Shown here piece by piece: positions 19,521-27,840 of a DNA stretch of 32,000 nt. Source of the DNA: Hyperthermus butylicus DSM 5456 (GTDB lineage Archaea; Thermoproteota; Thermoprotei_A; Sulfolobales; Pyrodictiaceae); assembly GCF_000015145.1 (NCBI RefSeq), contig NC_008818.1, positions 900,001-932,000 of the forward strand, given 5' to 3'. The translations under genes and the position numbers were made by a program. Every line of letters starts with the position of its first letter. Position 1 is the first letter of the stretch. Under the pieces are notes generated by a model. The model saw only the letters and a list, made by a program, of their open reading frames with translations. It was not told where the DNA came from and made no database searches.

Positions 19521-20360
19521 GTGGTGGAGATAACTGATGCAGTGGCACAGCTAAATACAACGAAGATACTCATCTACGTTAAGAATACGCTGCTAGGCCC
19601 GATAGTAAAGCTCGTACTCTTGGCGATTATAGTCTTCATAACACTCCGGATAGTGCGCTTCATACTTGGAAGGTTACAGCGTAGAGACGTAATCTCAAGC
19701 ACTGTAGCAGAGCACCTTTATAAGCTAACGTCACTAGCGGTTTATGCAACTGCAGCTGTAATAATAATCTATATGTTTACAAGCATACGCGAAGTAATAT
19801 ATGCCCTCATAGCAATATTTGTTGCAATACTAGCCGCAAACTGGAGCATGATAGCTGACATTACGGCATACTATATAATGCTAGCATCGAGACAAGTATA
19901 TCGCTCGGCAAGCCTAGTAGAGCTGCCAAGACTCGGAGTAAAGGGCAAGATAGTAAGCATAAACATGCTCCACACGCGTATAAGAACACCAGCAGGAAGG
20001 ATAGTCTACATACCAAACCATATAATAGTAAGCGAGCCTATAGTCCAGCTCACCGGTATACAGGGAGTCATAAGCCTAGAACTCGAAGTGAAATTGCCCA
20101 AAGATGTACGTACATCGAACTCCCTCGAGTATATAGAGAGAAAAATACGCAACATACTCGGCGAGGCGAGAATAGCTACACGCCCCCAGGACATAGTAGT
20201 CCTAGTCGACGAGGCTACAGTGGACAAAGCTCGGCTAATAGTGCAAGTACCAATTGCTGGTGTAGAGCCTAGGCCTTCAACGATAAACAATGTCGTATCA
20301 ATACTTGTCAATGGCCTCAAAGAACTCGAGCCGAGTATACGGGTTAAAACAGTAACCTAG
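19521..20360 (+). CDS. MscS-family mechanosensitive channel
   Basis: Several TM helices, then VELPRLGVKGKIVSINMLHTRIRTPAGRIVYIPNHIIV, the typical MscS beta-domain signature. Confidence 0.88.
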   Translation: MVEITDAVAQLNTTKILIYVKNTLLGPIVKLVLLAIIVFITLRIVRFILGRLQRRDVISSTVAEHLYKLTSLAVYATAAVIIIYMFTSIREVIYALIAIFVAILAANWSMIADITAYYIMLASRQVYRSASLVELPRLGVKGKIVSINMLHTRIRTPAGRIVYIPNHIIVSEPIVQLTGIQGVISLELEVKLPKDVRTSNSLEYIERKIRNILGEARIATRPQDIVVLVDEATVDKARLIVQVPIAGVEPRPSTINNVVSILVNGLKELEPSIRVKTVT

Positions 20361-20411
20361 CTAGGTCTGCAGAGATAATGCTTAATTGATAAGAGGTACA
20401 CCCCGGGCTCT

Positions 20412-20747
20412 ATGGTACAGCACAGTCGGGGGAGTGTAAAGGCCTTGCCACGTAAGCGCGACCCATACGTGTGTCCACGCTGTGGCACAAGAACAGAGCC
20501 TGCAAAGACGTGGCAGCTCGTGTCACCATTCCCTGACTCAAGGGGTAGGATAACAATAACAGTCATGGGTAGCTTTGTATGTCCAAACTGTGGTCATCGC
20601 TGGCGGGCAGTTGTATCAAAGATAAAGGTTGGTGGTGATCAAGTAGAGGTCGAGACTGGCAGCGGGGCAAAGGCAAGACTGGCAGGTGAAAAGGAGAAGG
20701 AGGAGCGGAGAGGTGAGGTAATAGAGATAGATATAGACGAGGAGTAG
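20412..20747 (+). CDS. Small zinc-ribbon protein
   Basis: Two CPxCG knuckles (VCPRCGTR ... VCPNCGHRW) and an acidic tail; start may be internal. Confidence 0.7.
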   Translation: MVQHSRGSVKALPRKRDPYVCPRCGTRTEPAKTWQLVSPFPDSRGRITITVMGSFVCPNCGHRWRAVVSKIKVGGDQVEVETGSGAKARLAGEKEKEERRGEVIEIDIDEE

Positions 20748-20758
20748 GCCTCTCTTCG

Positions 20759-21256
20759 GTGGGCAGCTTGAACGAAAAGAAGTTGGGCTATTTGCGCTGG
20801 GGGGTTTTGGCGGTAGCAGCAATACTAGTAGTGTATGGGCTTAAGCTGACCCTATCTTACGCCCTAAATGTTTCAACACCATTTGTTGTCGTTGAAGGCT
20901 CTAGCATGCTTCCATCACTCTACACTGGAGACATAGTTATCATACATAAACCATCCCCAGACAAGATAAAAATTGGAGATATTATAGTGTACCGTAGCCT
21001 GAGGGGTAACCTCGTTATACATCGCGTCGTAGAGGTGACTACGGCTCCATACTGTAAACCTGTTTGCTATATAACGAAGGGCGACAATAACCTCCACCCA
21101 GATAATATGATAGGTCTCGAGCCACCCAAAGGGGTAAGCTACAGCGAAATTATTGGTGTAGTTATAACAGTGCACGTAGGCCTAGGCGAGAGCAAGGCCA
21201 AAGTACCAGTAAGGATACCGTACATGGGGCTTCTAAGCTTTTACTTGAGAAGCTAG
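20759..21256 (+). CDS. Signal peptidase I, archaeal/Sec11-like (S26 family)
   Basis: N-terminal TM, VVEGSSMLPSLYTGDIVII catalytic Ser region, IIVYRSLRGNLVIHRVVEV, YITKGDNN. Confidence 0.9.
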   Translation: MGSLNEKKLGYLRWGVLAVAAILVVYGLKLTLSYALNVSTPFVVVEGSSMLPSLYTGDIVIIHKPSPDKIKIGDIIVYRSLRGNLVIHRVVEVTTAPYCKPVCYITKGDNNLHPDNMIGLEPPKGVSYSEIIGVVITVHVGLGESKAKVPVRIPYMGLLSFYLRS

Positions 21257-21259
21257 CAG

Positions 21260-23311
21260 CTAAGCTGTAAGACCTTTGGGGCAAACATTCCTAGCCAGTA
21301 GGTACTTTGCAGCCTCTCTTACCCACTTACCGGTAGAACGCATTGCTGCCAGCTTCTCAAGATACTCTCTGCATGTGATGCCAGTTCTCCGCCGCCACTC
21401 GTGGTAAGCCTCTACAATCTTCCTTATAGCTGCCTCGTGATAGCTACAGTATTCTCCCTCGGCCCTTCTACCACATATAGGGCATTGTCTAGGAGGCTTT
21501 AGAAGCCCAAGCGAGTATGCTAGCTCCATACCAACAGCGTGCATCGATTTGACCTTGAACTCTGAGAGTATGCCAGCGAGAAACCGTCTAGCCTCACTAA
21601 TAACAGCATCCTTCGAGACCTTTCCCATGCGTATAGCTTCGAGTAGCTCTTCGAACCTCCTTGTCAGCTCAACACTAGTTATATCGGGGAAGTAGGTTTG
21701 CAGTATATTGGCAACAGTTAAGCCTAGCTCAGTAGCTTGAACTCTGCCTCCCTCAGAGCGTAAGTAGCCTCTCTCGAACAGCAGTTCGACAATCCGTGCC
21801 CTGGTAGCCTCGGTGCCTATGCCCTTAGACTCCATCCACTTTACAAGACTCGTCTTAGTATGCAGTTCTGGAGGCTGTGTATATGATGTCTGTACGGATA
21901 CACTCTTCACTTGTATGCGTTGTCCACGATATAGCCGCGGTATATACTCCTCCGAGGGCTTAGCCCAGTAATATATCTGCATCCAGCCAGGCGAAACAAT
22001 CCTCACACCAGTAATTGAGGCAGAACCCAACCCCTCGGCAGAAAGTATGAGGCGAGCCCTAACAAGGACGGCGGGTGGAGCCATGCTGGCCAGAAACCTC
22101 CTCACGATAAGATCGTAGAGACGCAGGTGATTCTTACTCAGACCAGAATGTGGCGGCTCGCCAGTAGGGTGAATAGCTGGATGCGCAGGATCCTCCTTAG
22201 GCCCGTTATTGACACGTAGAACACCTCTCGTCGCTCTTAGCAGGTATTCAACTAGCTCCCGATAGCGTGTCTGTCGAACAAGTGCTTGTACAATAGCACT
22301 GATATCTATTGTCGGTGGTATCTTCTGGCTATTGGTTCGCGGATAGCTGATAAGCCCCTCCAGGTACAGTTCCTCAGCAAGCTTCTGAGTATAGTAGGGG
22401 CTAAACCCTAGGATTCTCGAAGCCTCTACCTGCAAATCACCAAGGTTGAAGGGATATGGTGGAGGTATGCGCTCAACATACTCGCTATACTCCCTCACAA
22501 CAAGGTAGCCAGTAGCCCTTAGCTGACGCGCCACGCGTTGAGCCTCACTTCGTAGCTCAAAACTCGCAACTTGTAGTCTTCTAGCTTTACCTCCAAGCTC
22601 TACTGTAGCAGTAACAGTAAAGTATGGCAGTGGAACAAACAGGTTCCGCTTAATAGTCCTGGAAACAGCCTCAACAAGCGTTGGCGACTGAACCCTTCCA
22701 GCACTCAAAACCTTCGAGCGTCCAGTTACGCTCCGCAACGACTCCATGAGTGCACGGCTAATATTGATGCCCCACAACCAATCCAGCTCATGTCTTGCAA
22801 GCCCGGCATTAATCATGTCCCAGTCAAGCCGCTCAAGCCTGGAAAATGCCCTACGAACATCCTGCCTAGTCAAAGCGCTAAATTTAGCTCTAAGCGCTCT
22901 CTTCTCAACACCTAGTGCACGGAGAATATTGTAGCCTATTACACTACCCTCAATATCATAGTCGCATGCATTTACAAATCTAACAGCATGCCTGGCAAGC
23001 TTCTTAATAGCCTCGAGAAACCTGCGAGTATGTGCCGATGAACTATCAACTGCCCATAGGGGTGCCCAATAATACTCAAACACGGGGAATCCATGCTTAT
23101 CCGTAGTTAGCCCAAAAAGGTGTCCAGCAGCAGGCACTATAACGTAACGTGTCCCCATCCATGTAACAATCCAGTATGGTATGCCCCCAAGCTTACAAGC
23201 TATGGGTTTATCGGAGAGGGCTTCAGCAATCTTTCTAGCAGCTTTGGGCTTCTCAGCAATCACAAGTGTATAGCCAAACCCGGCACTACAATACCCAGCT
23301 CTTACCATCAA
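21260..23311 (-). CDS. topA: Type IA DNA topoisomerase
   Basis: TLVIAEKPKAARKIAEAL Toprim start, CDYDIEGSVIG, GLISYPRTNSQKIPP active Tyr region, TKTSLVKWMESKGIGTEATRARIV. Confidence 0.95.
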   Translation of the reverse strand: MMVRAGYCSAGFGYTLVIAEKPKAARKIAEALSDKPIACKLGGIPYWIVTWMGTRYVIVPAAGHLFGLTTDKHGFPVFEYYWAPLWAVDSSSAHTRRFLEAIKKLARHAVRFVNACDYDIEGSVIGYNILRALGVEKRALRAKFSALTRQDVRRAFSRLERLDWDMINAGLARHELDWLWGINISRALMESLRSVTGRSKVLSAGRVQSPTLVEAVSRTIKRNLFVPLPYFTVTATVELGGKARRLQVASFELRSEAQRVARQLRATGYLVVREYSEYVERIPPPYPFNLGDLQVEASRILGFSPYYTQKLAEELYLEGLISYPRTNSQKIPPTIDISAIVQALVRQTRYRELVEYLLRATRGVLRVNNGPKEDPAHPAIHPTGEPPHSGLSKNHLRLYDLIVRRFLASMAPPAVLVRARLILSAEGLGSASITGVRIVSPGWMQIYYWAKPSEEYIPRLYRGQRIQVKSVSVQTSYTQPPELHTKTSLVKWMESKGIGTEATRARIVELLFERGYLRSEGGRVQATELGLTVANILQTYFPDITSVELTRRFEELLEAIRMGKVSKDAVISEARRFLAGILSEFKVKSMHAVGMELAYSLGLLKPPRQCPICGRRAEGEYCSYHEAAIRKIVEAYHEWRRRTGITCREYLEKLAAMRSTGKWVREAAKYLLARNVCPKGLTA

Positions 23312-23417
23312 TACCCCACTAAGCTAGCTAGGATTAAGCAATAGAATATGTTGTTCCTTTAAAACAGCTAGGAGAGCTAACGGAAGGCATATAGCTTAAG
23401 GTTAGCTAGCTACGACC

Positions 23418-23726
23418 CTACTTAACCCTAAGCCTATCAAGGACGACGAGCCACTTGAGTGGTATCGGCTGTACATCGCCTCGACGAGTATACCTAACAA
23501 TAGTCATAGGCAGTACCCCGATCTCAAGTTCCTTCTTAGCGATTAGCACAGGGTCCTCTCTAACATGCCGTGGAAGCTTTTCAACATCAATTAGTACCGG
23601 TGCACCCATACTTATCTGGAGAGCCCTTACACCTATTACACGTGCACGTTCAAACCTGGTTAGCCATGGTGGCCCAATCTTTATCCTAGCCTTCAACTCT
23701 TCGATGTTGTATTCCTCTGTTGTCAT
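23418..23726 (-). CDS. rpo6: DNA-directed RNA polymerase subunit Rpo6 (RpoK)
   Basis: LTRFERARVIGVRALQISMGAPVLIDV...DPVLIAKKELEIGVLPMTIVR is the RpoK/omega signature. Confidence 0.93.
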   Translation of the reverse strand: MTTEEYNIEELKARIKIGPPWLTRFERARVIGVRALQISMGAPVLIDVEKLPRHVREDPVLIAKKELEIGVLPMTIVRYTRRGDVQPIPLKWLVVLDRLRVK

Positions 23727-23875
23727 AAAGGTCCCCGCACAGCTACTACCTTGTAGAGATATTTAAAACTAAAACATGAGATTTGGGGGGAGTAGTGTAT
23801 TTAGTTTTGAGAACAAAGAGAGCCGGACTACCGTCGGTTAGAACTAAAATCTGTGATTAAAAGTTATGGGTTGGG

Positions 23876-25549
23876 TTACTCCTCTTCGCCGCCCTTCTTG
23901 CCCTTCTTCTTCTCCTCAGTCTTTGGTGCGGCTGCGATTACGTCGTCGATCTTTAGGATTGTTGTTGCTGCTTCAGTAGCGCTCTTTAGCACCTGCTCCT
24001 TGACTAGTATCGGTTCGATAACGTTGATCTTTACCATGTCCTCCTCGATCTTGCTGTTGAGTACGTTGATGCCTGCTAGGGTCTTGCCCTCTGCGTGTAG
24101 CCTCCTTAGGTCCATCAATGCTTGTAGTGCGTCCATGCCAGCGCTCTCAGCTAGTATCATTGGTATCTCCTCGAGGGCTTCTGCGTAGGCCTCTACTGCT
24201 AGCTGCTCCTTACCGCCTAGGCTCTCGGCGAATTTACGTAGCCTTAGAGCTAGCTCAACCTCTACGGCGCCGCCGCCTGGCACGATCATGGGCTTTCTTA
24301 GCACATTCCTTAGCACGTGTAGTGCGTCGTTGATGCTTCTCTCAGCCTCGTCTAGCACCATGTCGTTGGCGCCACGTAGCAGTATTGTTACGGCCTTGGG
24401 GTTCGGGCAGCCCTCGATGAATACCATCTTGTCGTTGCCAACCTTTCTCTCCTCGACGAGCTTGGCGAAGCCTAGGTCCTCTGGCTTTAGGTCGCGTAGG
24501 CTGCTGACGATGCGGCCGCCAGTAGCGTACTCCAGCTTCTCTAGGTCGCTCCTCTTTACCCTTCTTACTGCCATGATGCCCTTCTTTGCTAGGAAGTGCT
24601 GGGCAACCTCGTCAATACCCTTCTGGGTTATAACTACGATACCAGCCTTGCTTGGGTCAACACCGTCCTTTTTCATCCTCTCGAGGGCGATGTTGTAGAT
24701 CTTCTCGACCATCTCCTTTAGCAGCCTAGCCTCTTCGTCGAGGAATGCCTTTATCTGCTCTGGCGAGGTAATGTTGATCTTAGCAGTTATCTCTGGCTTC
24801 TCAACCTCTAGTGGAGCGTCAAGGAGTACTATGTAGGCATTCTCAACTCTCTTAGGCATGCCTGGGTGTACAACCTCCTTGTCAAGGACAATGCCCTCTA
24901 CTAGCTGACTGTCTAGCAGGCTGCCACCCTTCTTCTTCTCAATCTTTATCCTGTCAAGCCTCACTACGTAGGTGCCGTCGCCGCGCGGCTCGGCAACCTT
25001 TAGCACAGCTTCTACAACCATGTCTGTCAGCTTGTCGAGGGTGGCGCCACTACCAACATACTTACTGTAGAGGGATGTCGAGGCTATCCTCTTTAGCAGC
25101 TGCTTGTCATTAATGTCCACCTTTATGCCGAGCTTCTCTAGTTCTGCGAGGGCGAAGTCTAGTGCCTTCTTGTAACCCTCAATAATAGTTGTTGGGTGTA
25201 TGTTCTGGTCAAGCAGGTTTTCTGCCCGGTCTAGCAGCATGCCAGCGAGTACTACGGCACTAGTAGTGCCGTCGCCTACCTCCGCGTCCTGGGCCTTAGC
25301 AACCTCCACCATCAGCTTTGCTGCAGGGTGCTGTATCTCCATCTCCTTGAGTATTGTTGCGCCGTCATTGGTTATTGTTACGTCGCCGAAGGAGTCTACT
25401 AGCATCTTGTCTAGGCCGCGTGGGCCTAGACTGCTCTTTAGAACCTCAGCTAGCACCTTGGCTGCAAGGATGTTGTTTCTTAGCGCCTCCCTACCATAGA
25501 CGCGCTGGGTGCCCTCCTTCAGTATAAGTACTGGTACACCAAGCGCCAT
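23876..25549 (-). CDS. Thermosome subunit (group II chaperonin)
   Basis: [67 protein letters not shown]; [13 protein letters not shown]. Confidence 0.98.
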   Translation of the reverse strand: MALGVPVLILKEGTQRVYGREALRNNILAAKVLAEVLKSSLGPRGLDKMLVDSFGDVTITNDGATILKEMEIQHPAAKLMVEVAKAQDAEVGDGTTSAVVLAGMLLDRAENLLDQNIHPTTIIEGYKKALDFALAELEKLGIKVDINDKQLLKRIASTSLYSKYVGSGATLDKLTDMVVEAVLKVAEPRGDGTYVVRLDRIKIEKKKGGSLLDSQLVEGIVLDKEVVHPGMPKRVENAYIVLLDAPLEVEKPEITAKINITSPEQIKAFLDEEARLLKEMVEKIYNIALERMKKDGVDPSKAGIVVITQKGIDEVAQHFLAKKGIMAVRRVKRSDLEKLEYATGGRIVSSLRDLKPEDLGFAKLVEERKVGNDKMVFIEGCPNPKAVTILLRGANDMVLDEAERSINDALHVLRNVLRKPMIVPGGGAVEVELALRLRKFAESLGGKEQLAVEAYAEALEEIPMILAESAGMDALQALMDLRRLHAEGKTLAGINVLNSKIEEDMVKINVIEPILVKEQVLKSATEAATTILKIDDVIAAAPKTEEKKKGKKGGEEE

Positions 25550-25607
25550 TATGCTACACCCCTACGCGCCCACTATCCTATGTCCGGATAGATTGCCTTC
25601 GGGGTGC

Positions 25608-25618
25608 TTCTATATAAG
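25608..25618 (-). promoter_or_regulatory. TATA box of the thermosome gene
   Basis: Minus strand CTTATATAGA ending ~60 nt upstream of ATG 25549, giving a predicted TSS near 25588. Confidence 0.6.
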
Positions 25619-25673
25619 CGTTACTCCAGGATTTGTTGGTACAGGGACAAGGCTTCCAGGGGGAGGGGTGGTT

Positions 25674-26042
25674 CTAGCGGAGGGAGATTCCGAGAGACTG
25701 TGGAGTGATGTTATACCTGCGGAGTGCGTAGAGTATGCCTCTCCGTATAGCGTATATGTCGCTCGAGTAGTTGTAGAAGAAGCCAAGCTGCTCCCAGATG
25801 CGCTTACCCTCGAGGTAGAGGAGTAACCGTGGCGGAGAGCCAAGCTCCTTCTCTACATCCCTAACAAGTGCTGCGTCAACCTTAACGACGCGTATAACTG
25901 GCTCAACCTTGAAGGCAAAGTCGTCAAGTAGGGATGCTAAGTAGCGGCCGTGTGGGCTTTGGGAGTCGTAGACGAGGATGAGTACGAGCCGGTGAGCTTC
26001 AATGGTCTTTCGCAACTCTTCAAGAGTTTCAACTTCGAGCAT
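25674..26042 (-). CDS. Thioredoxin-fold-like protein lacking CxxC
   Basis: VLILVYDSQSPHGRYLASLLDDFA...IRVVKVDAALVRDVEKELGSPPRLLLYLEGKRIWEQLGF has thioredoxin-like spacing without active-site cysteines. Confidence 0.6.
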   Translation of the reverse strand: MLEVETLEELRKTIEAHRLVLILVYDSQSPHGRYLASLLDDFAFKVEPVIRVVKVDAALVRDVEKELGSPPRLLLYLEGKRIWEQLGFFYNYSSDIYAIRRGILYALRRYNITPQSLGISLR

Positions 26043-26883
26043 GTTGCTGTCTCCTCTCTGCCAGCAGTTTCCTCAAGTACTCCCTCTCCTCACGTGTCAG
26101 GTGCAGTATTATATCGGTTGGCTCTAGCCTTGTAGAGGGGGGCTTTACGGTCTCGCCAACAATGACATAGCCCTTCTCAATAGTCTCCTCAACCTCGTGC
26201 TCACCATAGAACTCCACGAGTTCCCTCAGCCTCTCCTGGAAGTCTATAGCCTCCTTAGCCTCTCTTTCACTTAGCGTGTACCCACACACCATACAGTATA
26301 GGTCTGGGGTGACTGCTCTAAATCCACAGCGCGGGCATGGTATGGGTGTTGGTGCGCCATGCATCTCCCAGATACTCCTAATTTGCGGTACTAGATCCCT
26401 TCTATCGAGCCTTAGAGCCTCATGGTATAGCTTTGATACATGTTTAGCGGCTACTGGTCCTCCATAGCTAACTATGAATTCTAGCTGTTCCGGAGTAAAC
26501 TTCTCAAGCCTCTCGAGTAGATATGCAGAGGCGAACAGGTAGACGTTGTTGGCGGTAGCCTTCATCCTAGAGATTATAGTGTCTCTTGACGGTCTCGAGC
26601 TATACTGCGATAAAATGCCCTCAACTATAGGTCTAAGCATCTCCTTGTAGGCTTCACGTTGGAGGCCGAGTATGTCCAGGCCAAGCTGCTGGACAGCATC
26701 ATCTACTATGGACTCGAGTAGCTTGTTTACATCGATGTTGGAGCCTCGTCTAACACCAGACGATCTCCTTCTAGTAGTGGAACGTGTACGCCTAGAACTA
26801 GTCCTGGCAGATGTACTTGTACTCGTTGATGCTGTAGACGATGTAGTTGCCGCCCGCCTCTTCCTCGTAGTCCTGCGAGCCAT
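26029..26883 (-). CDS. Hypothetical protein with basic Ser/Thr/Arg-rich N-terminal tail and zinc ribbon
   Basis: MARRTTRKRRAATTSSTASTSTSTSARTSSRRTRSTTRRRSS tail; CPRCGFRAVTPDLYCMVCGY zinc knuckles. Supplied ORF starts at 26991; 26883 start preferred. Confidence 0.7.
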   Translation of the reverse strand: MARRTTRKRRAATTSSTASTSTSTSARTSSRRTRSTTRRRSSGVRRGSNIDVNKLLESIVDDAVQQLGLDILGLQREAYKEMLRPIVEGILSQYSSRPSRDTIISRMKATANNVYLFASAYLLERLEKFTPEQLEFIVSYGGPVAAKHVSKLYHEALRLDRRDLVPQIRSIWEMHGAPTPIPCPRCGFRAVTPDLYCMVCGYTLSEREAKEAIDFQERLRELVEFYGEHEVEETIEKGYVIVGETVKPPSTRLEPTDIILHLTREEREYLRKLLAERRQQHARS

Positions 26884-26994
26884 GCCCTCTAGACACCACC
26901 CGGATAGGGAGCACAGTCGTTCCAGCCTGTACACAGCCTCATACCTGGGATGGGATGTGTCACACCAATAGCTCTGAAATGCAGGAGCCACCCC

Positions 26995-27000
26995 TATAAC
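26995..27000 (+). promoter_or_regulatory. Possible TATA box for a + strand RNA at 27027-27106
   Basis: CTATAA at 26995-27000, ~27-30 nt upstream of the 10-bp closing stem of the structured element. The reverse reading (TTATAG) could instead serve the minus-strand gene ending at 26029. Confidence 0.3.
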
Positions 27001-27026
27001 TGGTTCCGGCAGAAGAGATAACGCTA

Positions 27027-27106
27027 TGGGGCGGGAGATGAGAGCACTTGCCCCCCGTGACCCCGTGGTGGGGGTGAAGAAATTACCGCGTAAGGATCCC
27101 GCCCCA
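27027..27106. ncRNA. Candidate structured ncRNA (class and strand unknown)
   Basis: Perfect 10-bp closing stem TGGGGCGGGA (27027-27036)/TCCCGCCCCA (27097-27106) around an 80-nt GC-rich intergenic segment with internal CCCC/GGGG pairing (GTGACCCCGTGGTGGGGGTGA). Confidence 0.45.
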
Positions 27107-27107
27107 C

Positions 27108-27443
27108 CTAGTACCTCTCATCATACCAGTCATGCCCCGTAGGCATGTATATGGGGCCGTTGCGGGCTGCATACCTGCTTATAAGATAGCTCAAAAGTAT
27201 TTCGAGCTGCCTCCTCTTCCTTCTAGCGCTCCGCAGTGCTGCCTCGAATTCCTCATAGGTTACATCCTTGCCTCTAAACCAGGCCCTGACAAGCCTTCTA
27301 TATATGAACTTGAGGAGCTGTTCATACTCCTCTTCTAGGTCGACGTTATAACGGTACTTGTACACGATGTGTTCTATCATGTCACCGAGGTATTTGTCGA
27401 TAAGCATCAGCAAATCCTCGCTCATCCCTACGTCTTCCTCCAC
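27108..27443 (-). CDS. Hypothetical protein (111 aa), helical, highly charged
   Basis: ORF with TATA-like CATATAAT on the minus strand about 50 nt upstream. Confidence 0.6.
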   Translation of the reverse strand: MEEDVGMSEDLLMLIDKYLGDMIEHIVYKYRYNVDLEEEYEQLLKFIYRRLVRAWFRGKDVTYEEFEAALRSARRKRRQLEILLSYLISRYAARNGPIYMPTGHDWYDERY

Positions 27444-27489
27444 GCATACGTGTTGAAGCTAGCCTAGCCCTATAACTCCTTTCCCGCGA

Positions 27490-27500
27490 GTATTATATGG
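27490..27500 (-). promoter_or_regulatory. Possible TATA box for the 27108-27443 gene
   Basis: Minus strand CCATATAATAC; predicted TSS about 27469. Confidence 0.4.
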
Positions 27501-27571
27501 GCCTACCTGTGAAACCCCAGGTATAGAACCCCGCAGCAACTCCATTCAGTCTCATCGAGTTTGTGGTTTAT

Positions 27572-27654
27572 GGGGGCTCAGCGGCTACCATTCTCGTCAT
27601 AGAGGCTTGTCTGGCCGAAGTTTCTCGGCAGCGGCCAGAGTTCAGCACAGCCCC
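27572..27654 (-). ncRNA. Candidate box C/D guide sRNA (atypical, with internal hairpin)
   Basis: Minus strand: GGGGCT-GTGCTGA(C)...ATGACGA(C')-GAATGGTAGCCG-CTGA(D)-GCCCCC. GGGGC/GCCCC terminal stem, D guide exactly 12 nt; D' not canonical. Confidence 0.6.
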
Positions 27655-27718
27655 ATTCACTGCTGTCTGACTAGATCCCTAAGGAGTTAACGGCTGCAAG
27701 GGAATTGCTGGTAGTGAT

Positions 27719-27791
27719 GGGGCTCAGAATGCTCGTGCCTCTGCATATCCCTCTCACTTAGGGCTACGCAACAGGGCGCTCATCATGGCCC
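27719..27791 (-). ncRNA. Candidate box C/D guide sRNA
   Basis: Minus strand: GGGCC-ATGATGA(C, perfect, 27780-27786)...ATGCAGA (degenerate C')-GGCACGAGCATT-CTGA(D, 27724-27727)-GCCCC. GGGC/GCCC terminal stem, 12-nt D guide. Confidence 0.55.
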
Positions 27792-27840
27792 GTAGACGCT
27801 AAAGCTGCAGAGTCCCCCTCTTCTCCTCTCTGGTGAGTGT

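Noticed and set aside
23727-23875. TTTAGTT...AACTAAA inverted repeat between rpo6 and the thermosome gene
   Set aside because: AT-rich, only 7 bp with a long spacer; more simply explained by terminator and TATA sequences.
23853-25499. Plus-strand ORFs opposite the thermosome (23853-24188, 24288-24698, 25200-25499)
   Set aside because: Mirror ORFs of a highly conserved CDS; Ser/Leu-rich shadow translations typical of antisense frames.
25509-25843. ORFs 25509-25826 (+) and 25610-25843 (-) in the thermosome upstream region
   Set aside because: They overlap the clear thermosome promoter and the 25674-26042 CDS and show no recognisable motif.
27027-27106. tRNA-like gene
   Set aside because: Closing stem length is suggestive, but neither strand has a T-arm (GGTTCRANNCC) or D-arm consensus.
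27118-27124. Perfect C-box-like ATGATGA on the minus strand
   Set aside because: It lies inside the 3' coding end of the 27108-27443 ORF (WYDERY) and there is no properly spaced CTGA or terminal stem.
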